IMG/VR virus record: IMGVR_UViG_3300013126_000023
Span: 6,862 to 70,861 of that record
Direction: 5' to 3' (one strand)
Length of the DNA stretch: 64,000 bases
DNA from: a virus
Shown here: positions 9,901-19,072 of the stretch, piece by piece
Numbering within the stretch: position 1 is the first letter of the stretch
Layout of the letters: every line of letters starts with the position of its first letter
Notes under the pieces: model-generated
The model's input: the letters and a program-made list of their open reading frames with translations, nothing else
Told to the model about the DNA's origin: nothing
Database searches by the model: none
Made by a program: the position numbers and the translations under genes

Positions 9901-12900
9901 CCGTTACCAGATGTAAGTGTAGAACGAACGCGAGCATTTGTATAATAAAGACTTGTGCCCTCAGCAACATTACTTGTTGTTAAGTCTACTACATTAGCTT
10001 TAGCGTCTAATAAACCAATAACATTTGAGTAAACTCTAGCATTTGTGTAATATAAGTTGTTTAATTCAACTACGTTAGCAGATGTTAAATCAACTACATT
10101 AGCTTTAGCGTCTAATAAACCAATAACATTTGAGTAAACTCTTGCATTGGTATAATAAAGATTAGCGTTTTCTGGTATATCAAATGTGCTTAAATTAACT
10201 ACACCTGTCTGACCATTAACACTTAGAACGTTGGCACCTAAAGCTACAGTATTAGCTCTTATAGTACCATTTGTAGAATCATAAACAATTGTATTATCAA
10301 ATGCGCTTATTGCCAATCTAACTCTAGCATTAGTAAAGTATAAATTAGCACCCTCGATAACATTGCTTGTAGTTAAGTCTACAACATTAGCTTTATTATT
10401 AAGTAGGCTAATAACATTCGAGTAAACTCTTGCATTTGTATAATATAGATTAGTTAACTCTACAACATTTGCAGTAGTTAAATCAACTACATTAGCTTTC
10501 GCATTTAATAAACTAATTACATTTGAATAAACTCTAGCGTTTGTGTAATATAGATTTGTACCTTCAATAACATTTGTAGTATAGATATTATTCCATACAT
10601 TAGATGAGATTGAATAAGTACTTATTCCATTGGCTACTAATAAATTACCAGAATCATTAAATATGAAATTATAATTACCAGCTTGTATGGTAGTATTAGA
10701 GAAACTTCCTTTAACAACATCTGTTATAACATTACCAGCAGTTAAATTACCACTATATGTTGCTAATGCTGATACAACATTCGAGTAAACCCTGACATTT
10801 GTATAATATAAATTAGTTAACTCTGTTACATTTGATGTTGTTAAATCTCTTACATTTGCCTTGGCATTTAGTAAGGATATTACATTAGAATATACTCTTG
10901 CATTAGTATAGTAAAGATTTGTACCTTCAGGCAAATTAGTTGTGGAACTAGTATTTGATAATAATATATTACCATTGATATCAATGTTTTTATTGAAACT
11001 AATTCTATCTGTAGAAAATACATAAGTAATATTTGCATTGGCGCCCTGAATACTAATACCAGCACCGTCAGCTACAGCAGCACTGGATGCGCCATTAGCA
11101 ATTTCTATTAACTTATCTTCTACTAATAATGTCCCAACACTTAATGAGACTACGTTACCATTGACAGTCAGATTGCCCTGTACAATTAAATCGTCTAATA
11201 CCACATCTTGACCAACAAGACCAGCTACTACCCTGGCATTGGTATAGTATAAATTCAATCCTTCTAATACATTATTAGTATTTAGATCAACTACATTAGC
11301 TTTGGCGTTTAGTAAACTGATTACATTTGAATAAACTCTAGCATTTGTGTAATATAAATTTGTACCTTCAGCTAGGTTAGCAGTAGTGAAATTAGCTAAT
11401 GATAGTACCAGGTTTGCTAAATTAGAAGTATTAGAGAAATTAGCAACATCTGAAGAACTAGTTGAAATAGTATTAGGTACCCAACTGCTACCGTTCCAAG
11501 CTAATACTTGACCTGACGAAACACCGGTGGTGTCAACATCGGCCAATACATTTATGCTCATCAATGTCACATTGGACAATACTCTTGCATTAGTATAATA
11601 TAGGTTAGAGCCTTCAGGAATTTCGCCGGTGCTTAATGATACTGCGCCTTGTAAATTATTAACACTAGTAACATTGGCGCCCAATGCTACTGTATTGGCT
11701 CTGATAGTACCTGCTACAGGATCATATATGATTGTAATATCACCAGCTGATACTGCAGTACGAGCTCTTGCATTTGTATAGTATAAATTGTTGCCTACTT
11801 CTGATATATTAGCAGTAGTTAGAAGAGGAGATATATTAGCATGTACTCTTGCATTAGTATAATATAGATTACTTGCACTTTCTATTACATTTGCTGTGGT
11901 AAGATCTACTACATTAGCTTTGGTGGCTAAAGGTCCAACAACGTTAGAATATACTCTTGCATTTGTATAATAAAGATTATTTAGTTCAGCTATGTTAGAT
12001 GTTGTTAATAAAGGAGCAATGTTTGCATATACACGAGCATTTGAATAGAAAAGTTTAGAACCTTCTATAACATTATCGGAATAAAGTTTACCCCAACTAT
12101 TAGACACAACTGTATCTACACTTATAGAATTGCCTATCAATGTAAATATATTTGCGCTTACTACTGACAATCCATTGGGAGATGATTGTAATAGTGTTTC
12201 GCCCAAGAAGATTGTGTTGCCGGATAGATATAAATCTTTCCAGCGCTTACTATTAGAACCTAAGTTATAAGCAACATCCGTTGCAGGAATAATATTACCA
12301 TCTAATACTTCTAGGTATGATTTTACTCTTGCATTAGTATAATAAAGATTAGTTATTTCTGTTACATTTGCAGTCGTTAATAATGGACTGACATTTGCAT
12401 ATACTCTTGCATTTGTATAATAAAGACTAGATCCTTCAGCAACATTACTTGTTGTTAAATCAACTACATTTGCCTTGGCATTTAATAATCCAATTACATT
12501 AGAATATACTCTTGCATTAGTATAGTAAAGATTATTTAATTCAATAATATTGGAAGTTGTTAATAGCGGAGCTATATTTGCATATACACGAGCATTAGAA
12601 TAATATAAATTAGAACCTTCAGGTATAGTTGTAGTAGAAGTGCTTGCAGAAGTTAATACCAACGCCCCATTTATATCTAGAGCTTTATTAAAACTAATTC
12701 TATCTGTAGAAAATACATAAGTAATATTTGCATTTGCACCTTGAATAGTTATGCCCGCACCATCAGCCACTGCTGGCGAAGATGCACCATTAGCTATTAA
12801 GATATTTTTATCTTCTACTATTAGTGTAGCAGTATTAAAGGTAGTTACATTACCATTAACTGTTAAATCACCTTGAATAGTTAAATCATCTACAACTACA

Positions 12901-15137
12901 TCCTGACCAACTAAACCTGCTAATACTCTAGCATTTGAGAAATATAGATAATTGGGATTTTCTACCACATTTGCTGTGGTTAAATCTGAGACATTTGCTT
13001 TAACGTTTAATAAACTAATTACATTAGAATATACTCTAGCGTTAGTGTAGTATAAATTTGTACCTTCAGATAAATTAGAAGTACTTAAATTAGACAAACT
13101 TAATACTAAATTAGCAAGATTAGATGTATTCGCAAAATTTGCTGTGTCTGCAGAACCACCAGACAAATCACTAGACGGTGCCCATTTACTACCATCCCAT
13201 TTCAATACTTGTCCTGTACTAACACCTGTAGTATCTACATCTGCTAATACATTTACGCTCATTAAAGAAACGTTGGATAGTACTCTTGAATTAGTATAAT
13301 ATAAACTAGTACCTTCGACAACATTACTTGTGGTTAAATCAGAAACATTTGCTTTGGCGTTTAGTAAACTAATTACATTAGAATAAACTCTAGCGTTAGT
13401 ATAGTAAAGATTAACACCTTCAGCTAAATTGGATGTAGTTTGATTACTTAACGATACAACTAAATTAGCAAGATTAGATGTGTTGGCAAAATTTGCTGTA
13501 GTGGATGACGCAGCAGAAATAGTATTAGGTACCCAATTAGTACCATTCCATGCAAGTACTTGGCCAGATGCAACACCAGTAGTATCAACATCTGCCAGAG
13601 CATTTACGCTCAATAATGCTATATTAGAAAGTACTCTAGCATTCGTGTAATATAGATTGTTTAATTCTGTTACATTTGCTGTAGTAAGATCACTTACATT
13701 AGCTTTCGCATTTAATAAACTAATTACATTAGAATAAACTCTAGCGTTAGTATAGTATAAATTTGTACCTTCAGATAAATTAGAAGTACTTAAATTATTA
13801 AGTGACAATACGAGATTAGCTAAATTTGCCGTATTGGCAAAATTAGAAACATCAGCAGCGCCGCCTGACAAATCAGTTGCAGGCGCCCATTTACTACCAT
13901 CCCATTTTAATACTTGTCCAGATGAAACACCAGTAGTATCAACATCAGCTAATGCGTTTACACTTAATAATGCGATGTTGGATAATACTCTAGCATTACT
14001 AAAATATAGATTTGTACCCTCAGCAAGATTTGATGTGGTTTGATTACTTAACGATACAACTAAATTAGCAAGATTAGATGTGTTAGCAAAATTAGATATA
14101 TCAGCAGCACCGCCGGACAAATCATTAGACGGTGCCCATTTACTACCGTCCCATTTTAACACTTGACCGGATGAAACACCTGTAGTATCTACATCTGCTA
14201 ATACATTAATACTTAGTAATGAAACATTAGATAAAACTCTAGTGTTAGTGTAGTATAGATTAGTATTTTCTGTTAGATTGGCTGTAGTAAAATTACTTAA
14301 TGTATATACAATATTAGCAGCATCAGCAATATTTGCTGACGTTGCAGTAGTTGCTACAACGGCGGTGCTAGGATACCAATACAAACCATTGTATCGTAGA
14401 TAATCACCAGAATTAGCGCCGGTAGTATTTACATCAGCTAGTACATTAATATTGGAAGTACTTAATCTTGCATCTACTCTAGTATTAGTAAAATATAGAT
14501 TAGCACCCTCTGATAAATTAGAAGTACTTAAATTTGATAAGCTAATAACTAAATTAGCTAGATTTGATGTATTGGCAAAATTAGCTGTATTGGCAAAATT
14601 TGAAGAAGTAGCAAAAGTTGCAATACCTGCAGTAATAGAATTAGGTACCCAATTAGAACCATTCCATTCTAAAACTTGCCCTGTAGTTACACCTGTCGTG
14701 TTTACATCTACCAAAGCATTAATACTAGTTGTTGCTATTCTTGCATCAACTCTAGTATTAGTAAAATATAAATTATTGCCTTCTGCTAAATTAGAAGTAG
14801 TATGATTAGATAATCTGACTACTATGTTTGATACATTTGAATAATTGGCATTACCAGCATTATTAGCATAACCCGAAACTAAGGCAGGTGTTACTAGCCC
14901 TAAAACAATATTGGCTATGTTGGAATTTTCAGACGCAGACACAAGGATGGAACCGGGTACCCAATTGGTTCCATCCCATAGTAAGGTATTATTTACCGAA
15001 GCTGGTGTTGTACTAGTATCTACATCTTTAAGACTATCTACTGATATATTAGATAAAGAATTAGCAGATATAGAATTAGAAGTTAGAACATTGCCTGATC
15101 CAATAAATCCAGCAGATATTCTTGCAATAGATGCCAT
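6963..15137 (-). CDS. Long repetitive tail fibre protein
   Basis: 2724 aa, N/T/S/V-rich, about 40 copies (hand count) of TxxxxExxNLYYTNARV plus L.DVDTTG...GQVLxWxGxxW fibre motifs; TATAAATA late promoter upstream. Confidence 0.85.
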   Translation of the reverse strand: MASIARISAGFIGSGNVLTSNSISANSLSNISVDSLKDVDTSTTPASVNNTLLWDGTNWVPGSILVSASENSNIANIVLGLVTPALVSGYANNAGNANYSNVSNIVVRLSNHTTSNLAEGNNLYFTNTRVDARIATTSINALVDVNTTGVTTGQVLEWNGSNWVPNSITAGIATFATSSNFANTANFANTSNLANLVISLSNLSTSNLSEGANLYFTNTRVDARLSTSNINVLADVNTTGANSGDYLRYNGLYWYPSTAVVATTATSANIADAANIVYTLSNFTTANLTENTNLYYTNTRVLSNVSLLSINVLADVDTTGVSSGQVLKWDGSKWAPSNDLSGGAADISNFANTSNLANLVVSLSNQTTSNLAEGTNLYFSNARVLSNIALLSVNALADVDTTGVSSGQVLKWDGSKWAPATDLSGGAADVSNFANTANLANLVLSLNNLSTSNLSEGTNLYYTNARVYSNVISLLNAKANVSDLTTANVTELNNLYYTNARVLSNIALLSVNALADVDTTGVASGQVLAWNGTNWVPNTISAASSTTANFANTSNLANLVVSLSNQTTSNLAEGVNLYYTNARVYSNVISLLNAKANVSDLTTSNVVEGTSLYYTNSRVLSNVSLMSVNVLADVDTTGVSTGQVLKWDGSKWAPSSDLSGGSADTANFANTSNLANLVLSLSNLSTSNLSEGTNLYYTNARVYSNVISLLNVKANVSDLTTANVVENPNYLYFSNARVLAGLVGQDVVVDDLTIQGDLTVNGNVTTFNTATLIVEDKNILIANGASSPAVADGAGITIQGANANITYVFSTDRISFNKALDINGALVLTSASTSTTTIPEGSNLYYSNARVYANIAPLLTTSNIIELNNLYYTNARVYSNVIGLLNAKANVVDLTTSNVAEGSSLYYTNARVYANVSPLLTTANVTEITNLYYTNARVKSYLEVLDGNIIPATDVAYNLGSNSKRWKDLYLSGNTIFLGETLLQSSPNGLSVVSANIFTLIGNSISVDTVVSNSWGKLYSDNVIEGSKLFYSNARVYANIAPLLTTSNIAELNNLYYTNARVYSNVVGPLATKANVVDLTTANVIESASNLYYTNARVHANISPLLTTANISEVGNNLYYTNARARTAVSAGDITIIYDPVAGTIRANTVALGANVTSVNNLQGAVSLSTGEIPEGSNLYYTNARVLSNVTLMSINVLADVDTTGVSSGQVLAWNGSSWVPNTISTSSSDVANFSNTSNLANLVLSLANFTTANLAEGTNLYYTNARVYSNVISLLNAKANVVDLNTNNVLEGLNLYYTNARVVAGLVGQDVVLDDLIVQGNLTVNGNVVSLSVGTLLVEDKLIEIANGASSAAVADGAGISIQGANANITYVFSTDRISFNKNIDINGNILLSNTSSTTNLPEGTNLYYTNARVYSNVISLLNAKANVRDLTTSNVTELTNLYYTNVRVYSNVVSALATYSGNLTAGNVITDVVKGSFSNTTIQAGNYNFIFNDSGNLLVANGISTYSISSNVWNNIYTTNVIEGTNLYYTNARVYSNVISLLNAKANVVDLTTANVVELTNLYYTNARVYSNVISLLNNKANVVDLTTSNVIEGANLYFTNARVRLAISAFDNTIVYDSTNGTIRANTVALGANVLSVNGQTGVVNLSTFDIPENANLYYTNARVYSNVIGLLDAKANVVDLTSANVVELNNLYYTNARVYSNVIGLLDAKANVVDLTTSNVAEGTSLYYTNARVRSTLTSGNGISYDNVTGNITLSPTGVTPLVYGGATKIPVISVDSYGRITSASNVSVAGVSSFTSSGNSFTISTADGNSFVANIQENSVRLGTDTTGAYVSNVIAGLGIVITNQGGETATPTISAAQDIATNASPSFFNLTVSGNLTVVGNTTVITSNTLTINDPLIYLAGNNYSSDAVDIGFVGNYFDGLNQRHAGLFRDASDGGVFKLFANLNPEPSNVIDTANNSFRYANLIVDYLTGTVIGTVSSIGNHTTTSLAEGSNLYYTNARVYSNVIGLLNTKANVIDLTTSNVVELNNLYYTNARVLSNIALLSVNALADVDTTGATAGQVLKWSGSAWIASQDVVGTANVSVNSNIANLVVSLSNHTTSNLAEGTNLYYTNARAILAAIPAVTQLVVTTPVFNYNIDQYSGDNPTIYVNAGETISFDLNQGSSHPFALRISNGGSNYNTGLTHVDDDGTISTGASAQGKYTGELFWKIPYELAGNTYVYQCTNHSSMVGNIVIQKSISLLSTSDVTEGTNLYYTNARVYSAVTGNLVLKSNVSDLTTANVVELTNLYYTNARVYSNVITLLNAKANVVDLTSANVVELNNLYYTNARVYSNVIGLLNTKANVADLTTSNVSEGTNLYYTNARVYSALTGNLALKANVVDLTTANVIELTNLYYTNARVYSNVIGLLNAKANVVDLTTSNVIEGTSLYYTNARVISGVTTANIANLTITGNVRVGNILASQFYWANGDIFTSGGGGGGAVSSVNGLTGAVVLTTANVSESAVSGNLYYTNSRVRSAISVTGAGSYDSSTGVITITGTGTSVSVSKYTFTSTLNQTVFTGADDNGATLTLADPDKAHVFLNGILLTRTSDYTSNVGNVVFTAGVAANNLVTVIDSLVTVGNVASINKYFYTATAGQTVFSGSDTNGRTLNIQSPSDSYVYLNGVLLVPTTDYTIGTTTVTLNDAAVADDILIVVDALVKTTSNIIYSTKARTYAFTRIF

Positions 15138-15167
15138 CTTCTTCCTGTTACATAATAGTTATTCTAA

Positions 15168-15175
15168 TATTTATA
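15168..15175 (-). promoter_or_regulatory. T4-type late promoter TATAAATA
   Basis: Exact gp55 consensus, 30 nt upstream of the long fibre gene. Confidence 0.75.
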
Positions 15176-15191
15176 TAAAACAGAAATTATA

Positions 15192-15755
15192 TTATCGGAT
15201 TTTTGGTCCCTGTACCCAAGAAACTAAACTATATCGCTTTCCTTGAGTAACCTCAGAAACAGAATGTTCAAATAATGAGGGAAACACTAACACCGAACCT
15301 CTAGGTAAAAACTGAGCTTCGGTAGGATTTGGTATACTTCTAAAATTGAATCTACCACCCTCATAATCTTCTGGTTTAGATAGCTGAAACACTACTGATA
15401 ATTTTCTTTCAGATTTACTATCATGTAACCAGTTTACATCGTTATGCTCATTGTATTTACCTTTGTATACACTATCATATTCTGTGAATTGTATCTCAGA
15501 AACATGATTGTAAATATCCATATCTAACGCTGTTCTATTAGCTTCTTGGGCAAAGTAAATAACTAAAGCCGAAATATAATACTCGTAAATATTTATCCAT
15601 CTTATTTTAGATGATCTATAATCATTATCTATTTTATGATCGCTACCAAATCCTATTCCAGATTCAACAGCGTCATACTTTAAACCAGTTTTTATAATTT
15701 TATCACATAACTCATCATCTAAAGCACCAGGCCAAACCTGCCAATAATCTCTCAT
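15192..15755 (-). CDS. 2OG-Fe(II) oxygenase, prolyl-4-hydroxylase/PKHD-like
   Basis: HND...RKLS...YEGG.F...GSVLVFPS..EHSV..VT.GKRYSLVSW gives the HxD...H triad plus the 2OG-binding RxS. Confidence 0.9.
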   Translation of the reverse strand: MRDYWQVWPGALDDELCDKIIKTGLKYDAVESGIGFGSDHKIDNDYRSSKIRWINIYEYYISALVIYFAQEANRTALDMDIYNHVSEIQFTEYDSVYKGKYNEHNDVNWLHDSKSERKLSVVFQLSKPEDYEGGRFNFRSIPNPTEAQFLPRGSVLVFPSLFEHSVSEVTQGKRYSLVSWVQGPKIR

Positions 15756-15757
15756 AT

Positions 15758-16723
15758 CTATTCCGTATCAAAGAAAAACAAATGAAATAATCTAGAATTT
15801 TGAAGATTGTTGCCGAAATAATTAGACGCCGAATGAATTAATCTAGCATCCCAAATAACTAATCTATTGAACACATTGCCTACAGTGTCCACTTCATCAA
15901 ATTTTGTTTTATCATAATAATCGTTTTCAAATACATCATTATAGTTAACATCGTTAGAATGCACCTTTCTTATTCTAGGATATTTTTTACTTCTAAAAAA
16001 ACTTGTCCCAGTTTCTACAGGTGCATCGGGTGTTAGGTAAATTGCTGCGGCAAAGCTTTGTATATCTGAATGGTATACTAATGGATCCTCAGCAGTACAA
16101 TATTGAAAAACTCCATTATAGGAATGATTTTCCCATACAGTTATTTTTTTACCTATTAGTTGTTCAAATAACTGCTTTGTACCGGGCGCCAAAAATTTAC
16201 TAGTTGTTCTTTTGCCCTTAAAATATCTTAGGTCGGGCTCATATACTTGTTGTAAAGCAATCTGCCTTACTTGATCTGGATTCTCATAAAAATTATCTAC
16301 AACTATTATTTCGGGAAAGATATTATTAGATATTTTTATTTCATTATATTCTTGAATTGATGTATCCGATAATAATTTTTTATAAAATTTATTTACATCT
16401 AATTCATATATAGTTAGTAATGTACTGTTATAAGAAAGAATAATCTTTACATTAGGTGTTTTTGGTGCAGGTATACAAACATCAAATCCAGAATTGATAA
16501 AATCTAATGATTGACTATTATATGCATCCGCTACATCTTGTCTTTCATTATAGCAAAATATAGTTATCATTTTGCCATCGATTTCTAAAAAGAAATCTAA
16601 ATCTACTTTTGGAACGGTTGGAACCATCCAACCTGAAATTCTTAAATGATTATTTTCTAAATAAAAATCATCTATAAAACCGAAAATTTTATCGGTCATT
16701 GTTTTGTGATTATCTCGTATCAT
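15758..16723 (-). CDS. DUF6445-like 2OG-Fe(II) oxygenase with extra N-terminal domain
   Basis: IVVDNFYENPD..R, HSD, AAAIYLTP, GTSF, FNRLVIWD...HSA, RLFHLFFF. The N-terminal GW...ERQDVA...GFD segment resembles accessory domains of glycosyltransferases. Confidence 0.7.
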   Translation of the reverse strand: MIRDNHKTMTDKIFGFIDDFYLENNHLRISGWMVPTVPKVDLDFFLEIDGKMITIFCYNERQDVADAYNSQSLDFINSGFDVCIPAPKTPNVKIILSYNSTLLTIYELDVNKFYKKLLSDTSIQEYNEIKISNNIFPEIIVVDNFYENPDQVRQIALQQVYEPDLRYFKGKRTTSKFLAPGTKQLFEQLIGKKITVWENHSYNGVFQYCTAEDPLVYHSDIQSFAAAIYLTPDAPVETGTSFFRSKKYPRIRKVHSNDVNYNDVFENDYYDKTKFDEVDTVGNVFNRLVIWDARLIHSASNYFGNNLQNSRLFHLFFFDTE

Positions 16724-16724
16724 A

Positions 16725-17264
16725 TCAATCCTTTATCCAATACCACACATCATTTTGTATAACTTTAAAATTATTTTTTAAATTATTCTCTTTTCTAAAT
16801 TTAGCTAAGGCTTTATTTACCCCCGGTAATGTGAAATCATGGCCGGAAAATAAACCACCTCGTCTTACTTTATTATAGTAATTATTAATATCACTATAGC
16901 ACATTTCAAAAGAATGGTCACCATCTATAAAAATAAAATCTAAACTATAATCATCTATAAGGTGCCTAGCTTGGTCTGCAGGCTTTTCTATAAGTTTAAA
17001 TCTATCATTAAATACACTTAACGATTGTAATGCCTCTCGTTTGATCGAGTTAATGTCTTCTTCAGTAATATATCTATTCCAATCTTGATAAGGTAAATAG
17101 GGATCTATTCCATACAACAATTTTATATTACTGCATTCTTGTAAAAGATATCCTGAATTTCTACCATACCAAACACCCAACTCGCAACCAATTAAACTAT
17201 TGCCCATTTGTTTTATTAAATTGGGCAATTTAATTGCAGATTCTGTAACAAAATTAGTATTCAT
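16725..17264 (-). CDS. Class I SAM-dependent methyltransferase (Methyltransf_24-like)
   Basis: ELGVWYG motif I, GIDPY, DFIFIDGDHS, GG.FSGHDF. Confidence 0.88.
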   Translation of the reverse strand: MNTNFVTESAIKLPNLIKQMGNSLIGCELGVWYGRNSGYLLQECSNIKLLYGIDPYLPYQDWNRYITEEDINSIKREALQSLSVFNDRFKLIEKPADQARHLIDDYSLDFIFIDGDHSFEMCYSDINNYYNKVRRGGLFSGHDFTLPGVNKALAKFRKENNLKNNFKVIQNDVWYWIKD

Positions 17265-18396
17265 AATTTAACGCATAATGTTGTGCAGGTTTATTATCTA
17301 GATGAAAATTATATCCACCTAGGTCTTCTATTCTTTTTAATATTTGCCTTTCATAATAATTACAAATTCTATCAACTTTTCGTTGTATTTCTCGACGTCT
17401 CGAATTAGTTGCAGACTCAATGTTGGTTGTCTGAAAATATAAACAATCTTTTATGTGAATAAATTTTGTAGTAAGAAAAGTTCGAACCAACAATTCATAA
17501 TCATCTACACAATTAAGTTTATCATTGTGTCTGCCTATACTATTATATATCGACCTTTTCCAACATCTAAAGTGATTAGGAGTTCCCACTATATGACGAA
17601 TAGTTGAAAAATTAATAGGGACTCTTGAAGGTCTGTAATGCCTACCTTTGTACCATAGATCATAATGTTGACCATACCCTGTGGCAAAATAATCACCATA
17701 ATCTACATTACCACCATCATCAAAAAATTCTGCTGAGGAAGAATAACAAAATCCAGCATCCTCATATTTTGCAAAAGCATTAACTATTTTTTCGAGAGCC
17801 AGATGGTGTAGGATATCATCATGATCTAATTCTAAAAGATACTCCCCGTTGCATAAACTAGCAGCGAATCTTTTAGTTTGGCCTATAAAACCACTTCTAT
17901 TTACATAATTAAATACTTTAACACGTTTATCATTATTAACTAATCTTTTTATATACTCTACATTACTTTTATCAGAAGAGTCATCTACAATAATCCATTC
18001 CCAATCCGTAAAAGATTGTTCTAATAGACTATGATATGCTCTGTCTATTTTATCAAAACTATTATAGGTGGGAGTAAATACACTTACCTTGGGATTTTTA
18101 TCCTCCAGTATTCTGATCAAATACTCATTGTAAATTAGATCAGCATCCAAAGAACTTATCTTATCTACTAAAACAATATTAAGATTAGATATACTTATAG
18201 GTTTCCATAACAAAGGATTACCTACAATAATTATTAGATCAAATTTACTTAATAATTTAGGATCAATACTACAATTAAAAAAATGGATTTCTAACTCAGA
18301 AGCTATTCCTTCAAATGTTTCTGTAGTTCTAAAATTCTTATCTATTTTATCAATTGAAAATATTGCTATCCTTGGAAGAATAGGTATTTCAAACAT
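17254..18396 (-). CDS. Family 2 glycosyltransferase
   Basis: VSVFTPTYN...QS..DWEWIIVDDSS...GEYLLELDHDD...DDYEL (GT-A fold). Confidence 0.9.
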   Translation of the reverse strand: MFEIPILPRIAIFSIDKIDKNFRTTETFEGIASELEIHFFNCSIDPKLLSKFDLIIIVGNPLLWKPISISNLNIVLVDKISSLDADLIYNEYLIRILEDKNPKVSVFTPTYNSFDKIDRAYHSLLEQSFTDWEWIIVDDSSDKSNVEYIKRLVNNDKRVKVFNYVNRSGFIGQTKRFAASLCNGEYLLELDHDDILHHLALEKIVNAFAKYEDAGFCYSSSAEFFDDGGNVDYGDYFATGYGQHYDLWYKGRHYRPSRVPINFSTIRHIVGTPNHFRCWKRSIYNSIGRHNDKLNCVDDYELLVRTFLTTKFIHIKDCLYFQTTNIESATNSRRREIQRKVDRICNYYERQILKRIEDLGGYNFHLDNKPAQHYALNYEY

Positions 18397-18397
18397 A

Positions 18398-19072
18398 TTA
18401 GTTAGATACTATGGCTTCTATATTTATTCCAGCTGTAGTGTAGATAGGCGAGGATTGATTGGGAGAAACTTCTACCATATAGGTTGCACCCCATGCTCCT
18501 GTATTACTATTAACTTTTTGTACATAAACCGATTGAGAAGAGGATAAAGACAACCATCCAGTAGAAGGGGATGATGCCCCAGATCCCCCCTGATAGTACA
18601 AATTTTGTCTAGTGAATCTGACATAAAAAGAACTACCTATACCACCTGTAACTGGCCAATACCAATAGCTATTAAAAAGAGAAACACTACCACTCAACGA
18701 ATCTGTTCCACGTATTTCCATTGTACCATCTGCGTAAAGATATATGTAAGTATACATAGTAGAAGCGCCGGGCTGAAAATCTTCAGAAACCCAATTAGTA
18801 CCAGAAAGTGTGGAAAAGGGTCCCCCACCATAAGATGTTTCTATTGCCTCAAATGCTCCCTTAGTACCGTAAATGTATCTGCGAATACTTGTTGTGCCGC
18901 CAGTAGGTATATAACAATGATTACTAAGATCAGGATATGCCCAGGATCCTGCGGGCACATGATCTCCTCCCGCATACAATTCACTTAATGATGTAGATCC
19001 TCCATCACTAGCTCCGTAGGTATCACCTAAACAAGCACCCAATCTAACGCTAGATCCACCAATTCTTGGCAT
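18398..19072 (-). CDS. Putative fibre-tip/receptor-binding protein
   Basis: Directly follows the collagen fibre; N-terminal SLSELYAGG..VP motif; aromatic and Ser/Gly-rich beta-type C-terminal part. Confidence 0.5.
   Translation of the reverse strand: MPRIGGSSVRLGACLGDTYGASDGGSTSLSELYAGGDHVPAGSWAYPDLSNHCYIPTGGTTSIRRYIYGTKGAFEAIETSYGGGPFSTLSGTNWVSEDFQPGASTMYTYIYLYADGTMEIRGTDSLSGSVSLFNSYWYWPVTGGIGSSFYVRFTRQNLYYQGGSGASSPSTGWLSLSSSQSVYVQKVNSNTGAWGATYMVEVSPNQSSPIYTTAGINIEAIVSN

Noticed and set aside
6963-15137. Recurrent ~27-bp DNA motif (actcttgcattagtataataaagatt) resembling a CRISPR repeat
   Set aside because: The copies are degenerate at third codon positions, in frame within one long ORF, with related intervening sequence and no cas genes; it is a protein repeat.
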